64,000 nucleotides of DNA from Octopus sinensis (Eukaryota). Below are positions 37,180 to 49,526 of the stretch, piece by piece. A model generated the notes under the pieces. That model was not told where the DNA came from, searched no databases, and worked only from the letters and a program-made list of their open reading frames with translations. The stretch is from assembly GCF_006345805.1 (NCBI RefSeq), contig NC_043000.1, positions 129,208,001 through 129,272,000 on the forward strand, in the 5' to 3' direction. Numbering within the stretch: position 1 is the stretch's first letter; the number at the start of each line of letters is the position of its first letter. The translations under genes and the position numbers were made by a program.

Positions 37180-37705
37180 ACCTTCCTCTCATTGTCAACC
37201 ATTACAAGCAGCACAGATCACATCTATTATCATCATCTTCATCACTGATTTTGTCATCATTGTTATTACCATCATCATTGTTATTGTCATTATCATCATC
37301 GTTATCATCATCAGCGTTGTTGTTGTTGTCATGCTTCTCGCCGTTGTCATTATCATCATCATCATCATTGTCGTCATCACCATCAGCGCCACTTTCCTCC
37401 TCCTCCTCCTCATCATCATCATCATTATCATCACCATCACCATCACCATCATCTTCATCACCATCATCATCATCATCATCATCTTCATCCTCACCATCAT
37501 CGTCATCACCATCACCATCATCACCACCATCATCACCACCATCATCACCACCATCATCATCATCATCGTCACCATCACCACCACCACCACCACCACCACC
37601 ACCACCACCACCATCATCATCATCACCAAAATCATCACTAACATTTTACTTCTATTTTCGATGCTGGTGTGGGTTGGATGGGTTGTCATGATTTTAGCCA
37701 GTCTC
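37180..37705. repeat. (CAT)/(CAC)-rich cryptic repeat, paralogous to 46095-46345
   Basis: Shares gcgccact..(cct)n and the flank cattttacttct..ggtgtgggttggatg.gttgtcatgattttagccagtctc. Confidence 0.8.
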
Positions 37706-38369
37706 TCTTTGTGATTACTGCTCTTTTAAGTGGGGTGGGGACTCTCTGTAATATTCTTTATTGTTTGGCATGGTTCTTACAACTGGACATTCTACTTAAT
37801 ACCAGTATCATCATTATCATCATCATCTTCATCATCATCATCATCATTATCATCATCATTTAACATACACTTTTTCATGCTGGCATGGGTAAGACAGAAA
37901 TTGTCGAGGCAGGTTTTCTATAGCTGGATACCATTCCTTCATCAACTCTTACCTGCTTCCAAACAAAATGTCATTTCATAAAGCCAGACATATTTTCTAC
38001 GGAAAGCTAGAAATAAACTACAGTATATGTTCATTTATAATCATCATGTAATGTCAAAACAAGGGTACGCACAAACACACACACATGCACACACAGTCAT
38101 GCATATATATGTATAAATATAATTTAGAGGTTGTGAATCCAACCAACTAAGGGATAGTATCTATCCAGCATACTACTGGTAGAATACCCAATTAATACAC
38201 AAGTGTTGGTTATTGCATGGCAGGATTCCTTCTATTTTCTTCTTGCCATATATATATAAAGTTAATCCAAACAAGAAAACACAAAAAAACAAAAAAAAAA
38301 CACAGCAACGTGAGGACGTGGAACAAATAAACTATTATTGGACGCTCAGGAAAGAAGGGAAGAAGGAGG

Positions 38370-38404
38370 GTTTAACGTTTCAAGCGGAGCTCTTCGTCGG
38401 AAAC
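38370..38404 (-). ncRNA. Hammerhead-like motif P2, copy 1 (core CCGACGA)
   Basis: gttt CCGACGA a gagc tcc gctt GAAA cg T T aaac; within repeat 38258-38462. Confidence 0.6.
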
Positions 38405-38624
38405 ATAGGAGAAGGAAAGATCCCGAGAAGGGAAGACAGAGGAAAAAAAATCGGCAGCGGTACTCACGGGGTCACTGGTTGGCATTAGGAAGGGCATCCA
38501 GCTGTAGAAACTCTGCCAGATCAGATTGGAGCCTGGTGCAACCATCAGGTTTGCCAGTCCTCAGTCAAATTGTCCAACCCATGCTAGCATGGAAAGCGGA
38601 TGTTAAATGATGATGATGATGATG

Positions 38625-38687
<63 letters not shown>

Positions 38688-38775
38688 GTTGAAATTTACA
38701 GAAAAATAAAAGACGAAAACACAGGTGTATAAAAAACAAGCAGGTGTAATAGATTGATGCTGAGGAAGGTGAGAG

Positions 38776-38812
38776 TCTTTTATGTTTTGAGCCTATGCTC
38801 TTCAACAGAAAG
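38776..38812 (-). ncRNA. Hammerhead-like motif P1, copy 2 (decayed)
   Basis: cttt CTGTTGA a gagc atag gctc AAAA ca t a aaag; GAAA lost. Confidence 0.45.
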
Positions 38813-39435
38813 GAGCACGAGGAAATAAACAGAAAGAGAATAAAAAGCACTTTTGGAGTTAGCGGTCAATCATGGCGACTGGCTGGGCAAAGGTAGTTAG
38901 ACAGGAGAGCTAGGAAGAAGTGGAGATAATAAAACCTGTGCATGTGTGTATGTGAGAGTGTGTAAATATGTGCATGTGGATAGGAGCTAGTGACTTTGAC
39001 GTGTGGATGTGTGCATGTGTAAGTGTGTGAGTCTGTAATGTATGGGTGTGTGGATGATGGTGTGGGTGCTGGAAAGAGATCAGTGCTAGTGTGTGTGTGG
39101 TGGTGTGATGTGGTGCGTAATGTGGTGTGAGGGGGGTGAGGATGTAGTGGGTAGGGGTGGGGTATGTGAGAGTGGGATGAATGGGGTGGGATGTAGATGG
39201 AGGGGGATATCGATGAAGGGAGAACATGGGTAAGAGTGAAGAGAGGAAGTAGGTGTCAAGGCAAGAGAGGAGAGAGTCTAATGTCTCGGAGGTGCTCCCC
39301 AAACTGGTCAGCCAAACGGCATCCTGTTTGACTAATCTACAGAGAAGGACAGAAAGAGCAGGAGATGAAATAAATGACGTTACTAGACATGCGGGTAAAG
39401 AAGACAGTGATATGATAGGTATATATATATATGAC

Positions 39436-39478
39436 ACCTCTGATGAGAACCCAATAAGGTTCGAAAATCAATTAAGGT
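39436..39478 (+). ncRNA. Type-I hammerhead P3, copy 1 (canonical core)
   Basis: acct CTGATGA GAACC caataa GGTTC GAAA atcaat T A aggt; 5-bp stem II, 4-bp stem I, UUA site. Confidence 0.8.
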
Positions 39479-39711
39479 TGTTCATTTTTTTCAGTCCGCA
39501 GAGAAATGATAAAATTTGCCTTGTTTATAATTATACCATATGTTACATATTTATTATATTATAGCTTGATACTGTGTGGACTAAGATCCCCGTTGACAGG
39601 CCACTGGTATTTATAGAGTGTTAAACACTTTCAGTATGCAAATTAGGGACCCTTTCATAGAGTAACTGCTGCATTTGTTTGGCTGCATGTTTCTCTGGAG
39701 ACTTATCAGAC

Positions 39712-39753
39712 GCCTCTGATAAGAACCCAATAAGATTCGAAACTGATTAAGGT
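39712..39753 (+). ncRNA. Hammerhead P3, copy 2 (G8A, decayed)
   Basis: gcct CTGATAA gaacc caataa gattc GAAA ctgat t a aggt; 276 nt downstream of copy 1. Confidence 0.6.
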
Positions 39754-39906
39754 TGTCCATAATTTTTTTCAGTCTCAATAAATGGCTAAAATTTGCCCTG
39801 TTTATAATTATACCATATGTTACATCTATATATACATGACCGCATGTGTATCGTTGGCGATTTTTTTTCCTCTGTCTTCCCTTCTCTGGATCTTTCCTTC
39901 TCCTAT

Positions 39907-39941
39907 GTTTCCGACGAAGAGCTCCACTCGAAACGTTATAC
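39907..39941 (+). ncRNA. Hammerhead-like motif P2, copy 2
   Basis: gttt CCGACGA a gagc tcc actc GAAA cg T T atac; within repeat 39840-40042. Confidence 0.55.
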
Positions 39942-40472
39942 CCTCCTTCTTTCCTTCTTTCCTGAGCGTCCAATAATACTATATTTGTTCCATATCCTCG
40001 CGTTGTTGTGTTTTTTTGTGCTTTCTTGTTTGGATTAACTATATATACATGTGTGCGTGTTTGTCCCCCACCATGGCTTGTCAACCAGTGCTGGTGTATT
40101 TATGTCCCCATAGCCTAGCAGTTCAGCAAAAGATACAGATAAAATAAGTACCAGGCTTAAAAAATTAAGTACTGGGGTTGATGCAGCTAACTAAATAATT
40201 TTTCAAGGTGGTACCCCATTGTGCCTGCAGTCTAATGACTGAAACAATACATACATACATATGTATGTATGTATGCTTACATGCATGTATGTACGTGTAT
40301 ATGTATTATATATATACTTATGTATGTGTGTGTATGCATATATATATATGCACGCACACACATATGTATGTATGTATACATATATATATATTCTTTTACT
40401 GGTTTTAGTCAGAGGTTGGGGCCATGCCGGAGCACCACCTTTCAGCATTTTGGGGTCTCCTTTCAGTATATA

Positions 40473-40547
<75 letters not shown>

Positions 40548-40629
40548 TATATATATGTAATCATTCACCATGATAGATCGCTAGCCACTACACATTCTTT
40601 ATTTTCTCTCCTTGTTTCTTTCTGTGTTC

Positions 40630-40665
40630 CTTTCTGTGGAAGAACATAGGCTCGAAACGTTAAAG
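40630..40665 (+). ncRNA. Hammerhead-like motif P1, copy 3 (core CUGUGGA)
   Basis: cttt CTGTGGA a gaac atag gctc GAAA cg T T aaag. Confidence 0.55.
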
Positions 40666-40974
40666 ATTTTTTCACTTCCTGAGCATTATACTAATACATC
40701 TGTTTGTTGTCTACACCACCTGTCTTCGTCTTTTGTTTTTTGGTGAATTCTCCCTATATGTACACATGCATACATGTGTGTGTCTGTATGACAGTAATCT
40801 CTCAGTTTCCATCTATAAAACCCACTCACAAGGCTTTGGTTAGCCTGAAGCTATAGTAGAAAACTCTTGCCCAAGCTGCTACACAGTAGGACTAGACACA
40901 ACACATTGTTGAGATGCTAGCTTCTCAACTACAGAGCTGCACCTACACCCACCAACCACTTTACATTTTAATAC

Positions 40975-41300
40975 TCTTACTCTTTTACTTGTTTCAGTCA
41001 TTTGACTGCGGCCATGCTGGAGCACCGCCTTTAATCGAGCAACTTGACCCCGGGACTTATTCTTTGTAAGCCCAGTACTTATTCTATCAGTCTCTTTTGC
41101 CGAACCCCTAAGTGACGGGGACATAAACACACCAGCATCAGTTGTCAAGCAATGCTAGGGGGACAAACACAAACATACACGCACACACACATATACATAT
41201 ATACGACGGGCTTCTTTCAGTTTCCGTCTACCAAATCCACTCACAAGGCTTTGGTCGGCTTGAGGCTATTGTAGAAGACACTTGCCCATGGTGCCACGCG
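40975..41300 (-). mobile_element. SINE A, 5'-truncated, little CpG decay
   Basis: Tail, central (CA)n and CORE-like segment present. Confidence 0.85.
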
Positions 41301-42343
41301 GTGCCAGCTCAAAGGCTGTTAATGTCTGTGTTTCCATGTTAATGTGGGTTAGACAGATTTGTTACTGAGGCGTTGTTTTATGGTTGAATTCCTTTTCTGA
41401 TACAGTAACCTTGTCTGTTTTTAAGCAAAGGATTTCTTATTACACAGACTTTGAAAACATAATGTGAGCATATGATCTATTGATAGGAGAAATACACTAA
41501 GTTTGAGACTTTTGAATAAATGTCTTGCAAACAAGACATTTATTTCATACATGCACCCATACATGCACCCATGCAGTGCCTGCACCTATAACTATCAAAT
41601 AATTCTAAGGTGCCTCCCAGGCATTTAAAATTTATTTCAAAGGAGCTCTTATTGCTAATTAGGAGAAATACACTAAGTTTGAGATTTTTGAATAAGCAAG
41701 CAGCGCATATATACAAAAACAGACACGTTCATATGTGTGCACACACACACACACGCACTCGCACATGCATGTGCACGCATGCATGCACAAATATATGTTG
41801 GGATTCTTTTCAGTTTCTATCCACTGAATTCAATCAAAAAAATCTTTTGTCAGCCCAGGGCTATAGTAGAAGACTAAGGTGTTGTACAGTGGGATTGAAC
41901 ATGAAGCCATGAGGTTGGTGAATGAATGTCTTAAGCTTTCAGCCATACATGCACCCATGCAGTGCCTGCACCTATAGCTATCAAATAATTCTAAGGTGCC
42001 TCCCAGGCATCTAAAATTTATTTCAAAGGAGCTCTTATTGCTAATTACTCTTGTCTAAAATTCCTCATACAGAGTCTTTCTACTCTTTCAGCTTTATTGT
42101 GATCTCATAGCATTTTGTGCATCCATGGTTTATATTCTATATGAAACATGGCCAATACTTAAACGGTTGTAGAATCTTGTAAGTAATCCTTTTGCAAAGA
42201 ATTTTCTCTTCACTAAATTTTATTTTAGACCTCTTAATTCCTGGCTCTGCTTCTGTGTGTAAATCTATTCTATGAGAACTAGGTCATTGATATACAAGAA
42301 TTTCCAAGGACACAGTTTTGAATTATTTTATTATGGTTAAGAG

Positions 42344-42669
42344 CAGGGGTTCTCAACCATTTTGTACCTATGGACCCCCTTGATTGCTATTTTATTCTGG
42401 TGGATCCCCATTGTTTTATAGAAACCTCTCTCAAAATCCCTATTTTGTCTTTTACACATAAACCTGTGTAGGTTAAACTATGTAAAATGTTAGAGAAAGA
42501 AACCTGACTGTTTCTTGCAATACATACCAATACATACATCTAAAACAAATTTTTTTCAGGGGCCCTTAAAATACTATTGAGGATCCCTAATTTACTATTT
42601 TATTGCATTGAACCCCAAAATCTTATATAAACCCTAAGGGGCAATATGGGCCCTGGTTGAAAACCACTG
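42344..42669. mobile_element. hAT (Charlie-like) MITE
   Basis: CAGGGGTTCTCAACC...GGTTGAAAACCACTG; flanks gttaagag/gtcttgag, compatible with a decayed NTCTAGAN target. Confidence 0.8.
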
Positions 42670-45199
42670 GTCTTGAGTATATTAATAAACAAGAATGAGC
42701 TGCAAACTGAACACATATGTTACTGAACTCATTAGAAACTTATACAATTGGCGTTAGGAAGGGCGTTAGGAAGGGCATCCAGCCGTAGAAACACTGCCAG
42801 ATCTGACTGGGCCTGATGAAGCCTTCCAGCTTCACAGACCCAGTTCAACCGTCCAACCCATGCTAGCATGGAGAACGGACGCTAAATGATGATGATGATG
42901 ATGACAATGCAGACAGCACCACTCTATCTGGCTTGCATGGCTTTCACAGGATATTCATCTATACCCAGTTTTCTGAAGGATCACCAGGTAATTTTGTGGA
43001 ACTTTATTATTGGCCTTTTCCAGGTTGACAAATTCTAGGGAATGTGAGGGATAATACCAAACTTTATGATACATTAAGATTGATAAAATGTAGGTTGGAC
43101 AGGAATTTTTCTATCATATGACTGAGAGACAGACCAAGACTTTAGGCAAGCACATGGGAGATTCTCATACCAGTCATGATCAAAGACTTTACTGATGTCA
43201 GGGACTCCAACATTACTTTTACTAACGTTTTCTACTTGGATACTTTGGGATTTTGAACTTTAGTTGTGAGTAACATGAAGGGACATGCATAGGAGAATGG
43301 TTTAGATGAGCTTCTTAGTGATCCGGGATGGATAAAAGGTCAGACATGACTACTGTTCAGAATAGTCAGCATACACATGATGTGGACCTAACCAATTAGC
43401 TGACTTGAAGTAGTAGAGACTTCAGGATTTTAAGATGTTGTGTGATGTATAGCGTTCATAAGTCAGCAATGGTCACAGAAGGAATGCTAACTGTTGATTC
43501 ACAAGTATATATGCAAAGTATGAATAAAGTTCCACTACAAAACCATTCCAGTTACAGAATCTGAACATTCTACTAGTGTCTTATTTTAGCAGAGCAGAAT
43601 AAAAACTAATTGATTTTTTGTATTAAAGCAAATTGATTTTATATATTACAGTGAAAAGAGAAGCTTTCTGTCTTTCTCGTAGTTTGTTATTAATTTTGGA
43701 TTGACTGAGTCTGTTCTGCTTGGGCAAATCTATTGCATGGATTGAACAAAGAATTAATTTAGAGTTTCTATCTATAGCCATTGTGTCTTTATCATGGATC
43801 TTACTGTGCTAAGATTTAAAATATGTTGTTGTATTTTCTATATATAAAGTTTGTGATGAGTTTGCTGTCAGAAACTTAACAAGCAGATTGTATAGGTCAA
43901 GTGATGATGTAGCAGAATTCTAACAGGTTTGTCTTTATTTTTTTATTATGTTTTCTACTGATAAAATTGTAAAGCATGAAAGAGTGAATGAATTGTAAAA
44001 TTATGAATCCATAGAGAAAAAATGTAAAAGTGTTATCATAAACGATGTGTTTTTCTTTTGACTTTTACCAAGCTGGATATAAATGCAATGTCCACATTAT
44101 ATTGACTAAATAGCTTTGGAGGAGCATCAAGCTACAAAGACTCTTGCTTCTTAATATGTGTTAATATGAACATTTTCCTATAGAAGACAGTGTGGTGTCT
44201 TCTTGTTAATGTTAAAATGGAAAAGTAGATTTTTTTTTTTAAATAACAAGAAAAATATTACAATAGAATTACTATGTCTCATTAACAGAATAGTTAATGT
44301 CTTAATACAATATTTTCTGATTTATTAAAATAGGTGAAATGTATTTCTCAGTGGTTCAGGTATTATAAGCGAATTTATATGACTATAGCTAGGAATTAAA
44401 TCTGAATCATGGGTCAGTTTTATTGAGAAAACAATGAAACTGAAGCTAAGCATCATTCTTAGAGTGTCACTTGATGCCAACATATGTTACCATATTTTAA
44501 TCTGCTTATTTTTTTCACTCACAAAATGTGGTAAGAAACTTGCTTCAAGGTGGCGAGCGGGCAGAAATCTTAGCACGGCAGGTGAAATGCTTAGCAGTAT
44601 TTCATCTGCTGCTATGTTCTGAGTTCAAATTCCACCGAGGTCGACTTTGCCTTTCATCCTTTCGGGGGTCGATTAAATAAGTACCAGTTACACACTAGGG
44701 TTGATATAATCGACTTAATCCGTTTGTCTGACCTTGTTTGTCCTCTCTGTGTTTAGCCCCTTGTGGGCAATAAAGAAATGAAAAATAGGTATTTCGTCTG
44801 TTTAAAGGCGGCAAGGTGGCAGAAACGTTAGCACGCCGGACGAAATGCTTAGCGGTATTTCATCTGCCGCTGCGTTTTGAGTTCAAATTCCGCCGAGGTC
44901 AACTTTGCCTTTCATCCTTTCGGAGTTGATAAATTAAGTATCAGTTACACACTGGGTTCGATGTAATTGACTTAATCCCTTTGTCTGTCCTTGTTTGTCC
45001 CCTCTATGTTTAGCCCCTTGTGGGCAATAAAGAAATAAGAAGCTTACTTCCCAGCCATGTGACTCTGGGTTCAGTTCCACTGCATGGCACCTTGGGCATG
45101 TGCCTTCCAATATAGCCTCAGGCTGACCAGATCCTTGTGAGTGGATTTGGTAGATGGAAACTGAAAGAAGAGTCATATACATATATGTGTGTATATATA

Positions 45200-45247
<48 letters not shown>

Positions 45248-45490
45248 TATTTATATATATCATCATCATCATTATCATTTAACATCTGTTGTCCATGCTA
45301 GCATGGGTCGAATGATTTGACTGGGCTGGCACACTGGATGGCTGCACCAGACTCCAGTCTGATTTGGCATGGTTTTCTATGGCTGGATGTCCTTCCTAAC
45401 ACCAACCACTCCGAGAGTGTAATGGTTACTTTCATGTGTCTATATATATATAATATAAATAAGATATATATATATATATGTATACATACG

Positions 45491-45551
<61 letters not shown>

Positions 45552-45561
<10 letters not shown>

Positions 45562-46045
45562 TAAATTAGAGATAAAACTACTATTAGGCAAATCAAACAG
45601 TGAAAATCATAAGCCAATACATAGAAATAAAATTAATTAATAAAATATATTAAAAATATAAAATATAAAATTCCAAATTAAAATATTTAAAATAAATATT
45701 TGATAGTTATATTTTAAATAAATAAATAAATAAATAAATAAAATAATAATAATAATATATATATATTTAAAATTTATAAGTTTAAATTATTAATTTAAAT
45801 AATTTTTTAAATTTTAACTTTATTTTAAATATTTTAATTTGGAATTTTATATTTTATATTTTTTATATATTTTATTAATTAATTTTATTTCTATGTATTG
45901 GCTTATGATTTTCACTGTTTGATTTGCCTAATAGTGGTTTTATCTCTAATTTAATATAATATATATATTTATACTATAAAATTAGATTTAATCCTAAATC
46001 TAATTTTTCCCTGTAAGTTTGGATTTACTCCCTGATATAATTATA
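45552..46045. repeat. Family Q repeat with ~410-bp AT-rich fold-back
   Basis: 45552-45700 is the inverse of about 45815-45966. 45930-46045 is the inverse of 29245-29360, which folds back at 29332-29429. Confidence 0.85.
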
Positions 46046-48399
46046 TATATATACAGTTTCCATCAACCAAAGAACTAGTAGTAAGCAGTTCAGCAAAAGA
46101 CTATTATCATCATCATTGCCGTCATCACTATCACCATCAGCGCCACTCTCCTCCTCCTCCTCCTCCTCGTTATCATCATCATCAGCATCATCATCATCAT
46201 CATCACCATCACCATTATCACCATCACCATCATCACCACCATCATCACCATCATCATCTCCATCATCATCATCACCACCATCACTATCACTACCATTTTA
46301 CTTCTGGTGTGGGTTGGATGAGTTGTCATGATTTTAGCCAGTCTCATTCAACTAAAACTCTTTGAGGCAATGCCCCAGCATGGCCACAGATGAATGACTG
46401 AAACAAGTAAAAGATAAAAGATTGCAACTATTACTGTATTCTATATCTTGATACTTTGCATTTTGAACTGAAATTCATCTTAAGAATTTAAATCTCGCTA
46501 ATAGCATATTACTCCTCACACACTGCAAGAATGTATCAAGATAAGCGATGACAGAGGCAACACTGGCATCTCTTTGCAATTCAACAAGTTTCCCATCGCC
46601 TCAGTACTACTATCTAAAGAAAAAATAATTATACTCGGTCCCAATCATAAATCTGCTAAGACACACAGTTATCTCTCTATGCAGTTTATCACAACTCTAT
46701 GATAAACTAATTAACTTGCTGTGTAGATAATCACTACTCAATGATAAATTACTTATTCCATTGTATCATTTATTGCCTCTCTATGATAAGTTAATTATAT
46801 CTGTGTATAGTTTTTCATCATCTTGTGATAAACTAATTTCAATAGTGAACTTGTCTTACTAAAGAACTTGAATGATATTATCAATTAGCTGATTGGCAGA
46901 GTCATTAGAGTGGTAGAGAGAATTCTTTGCAGTATTTGTTCCAGCTTTATGCATTTTGAGTTCAAATCCTATCGTGGTTAACTTTCCCTTTTATTCTTTC
47001 ATGGTCAATAAATAAAATATCAGTTGAGGGATGGTATAGTGGTGGAATTGTTAGAGTACTGCTATCTGTTGTGGCTCTTTGAATTCTGGGTTCAAATCCC
47101 ATGAATGAAGTGATTGCTTCTCACATACTGATAGAAAGCTTCAAGGTGAACCATGAATGACTTTAATACTGGTATCTCCCTGTGACTTAACAGTCTTACA
47201 TTGTAACAAATAACTTCCTAGATTCTAAGCTAGGATTTGAAACAAATCCACATTTTTCTACTAGTTCTTTTCCCATTGTTCTCAGCTATTGCACTAGGAA
47301 ATTCATGAGTGTCAATTGTTAGCCTGTAACTTTTTAAGCAAAACTTGAGGCAGGATTGATTACAGAGTTAAAATTCTTTGTTCAGCCTGACCTAATTTAG
47401 TTAGCAAAAGTTATATATATGGAATCTAAAATCAGTTCTATCCCTTTGGTCACTTGGTGCCTAGCTGAAGAGTATCAATTTTTTCTCCTTTAGTTATGAA
47501 TTGTCATAGCACAACAATACAACTTTCACCCTATCTACTTATCAACCCAGAGGGGTAGACTCTCTTACCCTTTCTTTCTCTCCTTTTTCTACCAGTCTTC
47601 CAGCAGTCAACAAAAAACGAATTTAACTACCTACAGAATGGATAGCAGAACAGCAAATAACCTGTGTACAACTACAACTAGTCTTCCATATCGTAACAAT
47701 GAAAATAAAGGACCATGTCAACCAATTAGTAATAATATTCTGCTATCATTTATTTACTACATATAAACAGTTACAACATCATCTCAGCACAGTTTGTGCC
47801 ATAAATATGGAAACCTTTGAAGGCAAAGCACTGAAGAGATTAAACTCATGGCTCTTTCATTCCACAAATAAATTTACTAACGAATGGCCCCCCAGGGTTT
47901 CAAAATCCTCAGAAACATGCTTGACAACAAGGATTTACCACCAACAATGACTACATCCTTCTTGTCATTAATGACTGACAAAATATTATTCTACAGAGAT
48001 GTAAACCACATTCAGATTTTACTCTGCTTCAACAGACATAAAATGGATATTTCATGTCAGTTTACCATTTGCCATCATCCTTACCTTAAGCTTAGATTCC
48101 AATTGTAATTTATTTGGCCTATTAATTCTAAATGAATGTTGTTCTGCCCACTAGCCTTTCTACATTCACAAATTACTTTGATTAGATTATCTTCTAGATA
48201 TCTTAACCAAATTTATTTTCGTAAATAGATTCCTGTGGATTTTCTTTTGAGAAATTCAATTAAGAAATGTTCATATGTAGTACTGACTAACCGACTAGCA
48301 GATACAAATAATATTTCCATATAGGTTTAGGAATGGGTGTGTGGTATTAAATGTTTGCTTGTTAACCACATAGATATGGTAGTTCCAAATTCATTCCCA

Positions 48400-48515
48400 T
48401 TTTGTGACACTTCGAGTTGGTGGCATCTGCATACTAACTTCATTGCTTCTAGCCTTTTTATGTGTTCTGCATTCAGGATCCATGTCACATTACCATGTAG
48501 TGTTGCTGTGTGCAC
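48400..48515 (-). pseudogene. RTE-clade LINE post-RT fragment
   Basis: TLHGNVTWILNAEHIKRLEA resembles the LYGSETW motif region. Confidence 0.55.
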
Positions 48516-48900
48516 AGGAGTGGCTGTGTGGTAAGTAGCTTGCTAACCAACCACATGGTTCTGGGTTCAGTCCCACTGCCTGGCACCTTGGGTAAGTGTC
48601 TTCTACTATAGCCTCGGGCCCACCAAAGCCTTGTGAGTGGATTTGGTAGACAGAAACTGGTAGAAGCCCATCGTATATATGTATATGTGTGTATGTTTGT
48701 GTGTCTGTGTTTGTCTCCCCCCAACATTGCTTGACAACTGACGGTGGTGTGTTTATGTCCCCGTAACTTAGTGGTTCGGCAAAAGAGACCGATAGAATAA
48801 GTACAAGGCTTACAAAGAATAAGTCCTGGGGTCGATTTACTCGACTAAAAGGCGGTGTTCCAGCATGGTCGCAGTCAAATGACTGAAACAAGTAAAAGAG
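48515..48900 (+). mobile_element. SINE A, full length
   Basis: Head to tail. Other copies at about 50085-50420, 50752-51170, 53140-53470(-), 54285-54765(-). Confidence 0.9.
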
Positions 48901-48921
48901 TATATATATATATATATATAT

Positions 48922-49116
48922 AAATAGTGTACATTTAAATACAACAGAAAACTACCTTTAACTGGTAATTTTTACACGCTAGAAGAAGCAGTCAAAACGA
49001 CCAAAACCACATGTAAGAGCAATTTTCAAAGAAAATGAAAAATAAAAACTTTTACCTTGTTATTTTTTTTACCTGTTAAAGGTAGTTTTCTCTTGTGTTT
49101 AAATGTACACTATTTT
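48922..49116. repeat. Short fold-back of the P5-related family
   Basis: ~45-bp terminal inversion (aaatagtgtacatttaaa.../...tttaaatgtacactattt); interior gctagaagaagcag..ccaaaaccaca..aatgaaaaataaaaac matches 18013-18080. Confidence 0.8.
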
Positions 49117-49526
49117 ATATTGAGAATATGTTATCTATTGACTTTTTATAGATGCCAGGCGAAATTTCTAAGAATATTCGCTACCCTATATTAAGTAGAA
49201 TTAATCGAACCCATTGACCTCAATACTTGGCTCATAGTATATGTTATTGATTTTGAAAGGATGAAAGACAAAGTTGAGCTAAATAATTTTAAAAAGACAT
49301 ACACAACAAAGATTGCCTGTTTTCTCCTTATTATGTCAGTCACAAGAGGAAGGACAAAAGCATCCAGTCCATGCTAGCATAGGGTTAAAAAAGATGGATA
49401 TCATTGTTTCATCTTTTATCATTTAACATCCATATTCCATACTGGCACAAATTTGATTAGTAGGTTTGTGTGTGTGTGTGTGTATCTGTCTATGTATGTA
49501 TCTCTCTGTCTCTGTCTCTCATAATA

